Shown here: piece after piece, positions 62,384 through 64,000 of the stretch
How the letters are laid out: each line of letters begins with the position of its first letter
How positions within the stretch are numbered: the first letter of the stretch is position 1
From: Blastocatellia bacterium
Lineage (GTDB): Bacteria > Acidobacteriota > Blastocatellia > UBA7656
Direction of reading: 5' to 3'
Assembly: GCA_035248905.1 (NCBI GenBank)
Contig: DATFGX010000007.1
Span: 4,700 to 68,699 of the forward strand
DNA: 64,000 nt
Program-made: the position numbers and the translations under genes
Notes under the pieces: generated by a model
Seen by the model: the letters and a program-made list of their open reading frames with translations, nothing else
Databases searched by the model: none
What the model was told of the DNA's origin: nothing

Positions 62384-64000
62384 CGTGATTCTCCGGAGTG
62401 ATGTGCATCACCTGCGTTCTTGGTGTTGACAACCAGTAAGACTTCGTTGGAGTCCGAGGCGGCGACGACCAGGTCGGGTAAGCCGTCGCCTGTGAAATCG
62501 CCTATGGCAACGCCGCGCAGACTCTTGCCCACGGCGAGCATCGGTAGGGCTTTGAAGCTTCCATCACCCTGTCCCAATAGGATCGTTAAGCCGCCCGCGC
62601 CGCTGGCGGTGATAGCCAGATCAACACGGGCGTCAGCGTTCAGGTCGCCGGCGGCCATCGCGTAAGGTCGCGAGCCGACGGCGACGCCTTGCGCGCCCCA
62701 AAAGCCGCCCTTGCCATCGCCCTGCAAGCGCGAAAGGCCGGCGGAGCCATAATCGGTGGTCAGCAAGTCGGCGTGGCCATCGCCATCCGTGTCGCCCACG
62801 ACTACGGAAGTCGGCGTCAAGCCCACGGCGTAGTTTGTCGGCGGGCCGAAGCCACCTTGCCCATTGCCAAAGATCACTGACACATCACCTGAACTATGAT
62901 TGCAGGTCGCTAAATCGAGCTTGCCGTCGCGATTGAAATCCGCCGCCACTAGCCAGAAGGGCCTGGCCCCGACCGGGTAGTTGCGGCGTTCGGCAAACCC
63001 GCCGCTGCCGTTGCCCAGGAAGATCGACACGCTGTTGGCTTTGTCGTTGGCCGTCGCCAGGTCTGTCTTGCCGTCGCCGTTGAAGTCGGCGGCGACAATG
63101 GCGCGCGCCGTGGGTTCGCAAGCGAAATTGCTCGGCTTGCCGAAAGCTCCCTTGCCATCGCCGAGCAGCACGGAGACATTCAGTTGCCGGGGATTGATGG
63201 TCGCCAGATCCGTCTTGCCATCGCCGTTGAAGTCGCCCGTGGCCATCGAGATAATGTCGCCGCCGGCGATGAACTCTGTCGGGCTGCCGAAACGTCCGCG
63301 GCCATCGTTGAGCATCACGACCGCGTGCTTGCCGACGGCAGCGGCAATGTCCAGCTTGCCATCGCCGTTGAAATCGCCGGTAGCGATGGCCGCCACGCCG
63401 TCTACCGCATAAACGTCGGGCTTGGCAAAACCGCCCTTGCCATCGCCGCGCAAGACCAGCAAGCCGGAGTTGTTGCTGGCGACGACCAGATCGTCATGGC
63501 CGTCGCCGTTGAGATCGGCCACAGCCACGAAGACGGCTCTCGCCTCTGCGCCCGGCAAGGTAATCACCGAGGCGCGCGTCATCTCGCCGGCAGTGTCCGA
63601 CAACACGATTGCCAGCGACCCGGTGATGCCGTCGACGACCGCCACATCAGCCCGCCCGTCTTCGTTGAAATCTCCCTTCGCCGCAAACAGCGGCGTCACC
63701 GGGGCCGGGAATTTGCGGGCCGCGCCGAGCACGCCCTTGCCGCGATTGATCAGGATCGTCGCGCTGTTCGAGCCGAAGCGAGCGACGGCAACGTCGCGAC
63801 GATGGTCGCCGTTGAAATCATCTGCGACCACGGCAATCGGCGTCTTGCCGACCGAATACTTGATCGCCGCCGCAAACTTTCCCGCGCCGTCGCCCGTAAG
63901 CAGCGACACGTCGCCCGAATGGGCGTCGGCGACAACCAGATCGCCCTTGCCGTCGCCGTTGATGTCATCAGCGGCCAGCGAGAAAGGCTCGCCGCCGACC
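62380..64000 (-). CDS. FG-GAP/VCBS-repeat protein (integrin-alpha-like beta-propeller); 5' partial, continues beyond the window end
   Basis: At least 10 repeats of DFNGDGK(T/L)D(L/I)A...G. The frame stays open to position 64000. The ORF-track start at 63909 is only the first in-frame GTG. Stop overlaps the start of the giant gene. Confidence 0.75.
   Translation of the reverse strand, partial: VGGEPFSLAADDINGDGKGDLVVADAHSGDVSLLTGDGAGKFAAAIKYSVGKTPIAVVADDFNGDHRRDVAVARFGSNSATILINRGKGVLGAARKFPAPVTPLFAAKGDFNEDGRADVAVVDGITGSLAIVLSDTAGEMTRASVITLPGAEARAVFVAVADLNGDGHDDLVVASNNSGLLVLRGDGKGGFAKPDVYAVDGVAAIATGDFNGDGKLDIAAAVGKHAVVMLNDGRGRFGSPTEFIAGGDIISMATGDFNGDGKTDLATINPRQLNVSVLLGDGKGAFGKPSNFACEPTARAIVAADFNGDGKTDLATANDKANSVSIFLGNGSGGFAERRNYPVGARPFWLVAADFNRDGKLDLATCNHSSGDVSVIFGNGQGGFGPPTNYAVGLTPTSVVVGDTDGDGHADLLTTDYGSAGLSRLQGDGKGGFWGAQGVAVGSRPYAMAAGDLNADARVDLAITASGAGGLTILLGQGDGSFKALPMLAVGKSLRGVAIGDFTGDGLPDLVVAASDSNEVLLVVNTKNAGDAHHSGESR

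Noticed and set aside
63750-63968. 72 aa ORF on the minus strand
   Set aside because: It is an alternative frame inside the FG-GAP repeat gene. The FG-GAP frame stays open to the window edge and carries the repeat motifs.

Overview
The window is high-GC (~65%) chromosomal DNA that is most consistent with an Acidobacteria-like genome. The evidence is tandem ADOP-type duplicated FtsX permeases, Ser/Thr kinases with TolB-N-like and TPR modules, and many HYR, FG-GAP and CHAT-TPR surface proteins. Coding density is high on both strands. No rRNA, tRNA, CRISPR array, transposase or integrase was found.

Main content, in order along the window:
- Two ADOP/MacB-like permeases, with a second FtsX/ABC efflux system preceded by a Cys4 membrane protein.
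- Two paralogous Ser/Thr kinases carrying TolB-N-like and TPR domains.
- A split glycogen/trehalose locus: GH57 branching enzyme with a DUF4912 partner, then a debranching enzyme, TreZ and MalQ.
- An FHA (three zinc ribbons) and PP2C phosphatase operon.
- hfq, tmk, an RDD protein, a Fur-family regulator and dps.
- An M1 peptidase, a lactate permease, an aldo/keto reductase, a 3D-domain protein, a zinc metalloprotease, an HNH endonuclease cassette, a GH63-like hydrolase and rfbD.
- A FAD oxidoreductase and a PLP decarboxylase.
- A surface-protein region with a 946 aa delta-60/HYR protein, a CHAT-TPR protein, a 1933 aa LTD/Ig/HYR giant protein and a partial FG-GAP protein.

The most unusual signals are non-coding. 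(1) A family of intergenic hairpins built from 3-4 tandem heptamers in inverted pairs, with a different heptamer at each locus. Some copies invade gene 3' ends. (2) A ~420 bp composite palindromic element between malQ and rfbD with nested inverted repeats and four GCCCGCTNAAGCGGGC hairpins. (3) An HNH endonuclease whose 5' end is tandemly duplicated across a heptamer array. (4) A conserved Cys-rich C-terminal domain shared by the two HYR proteins. (5) A shared AT-rich operator-like motif upstream of the fur homolog and dps.
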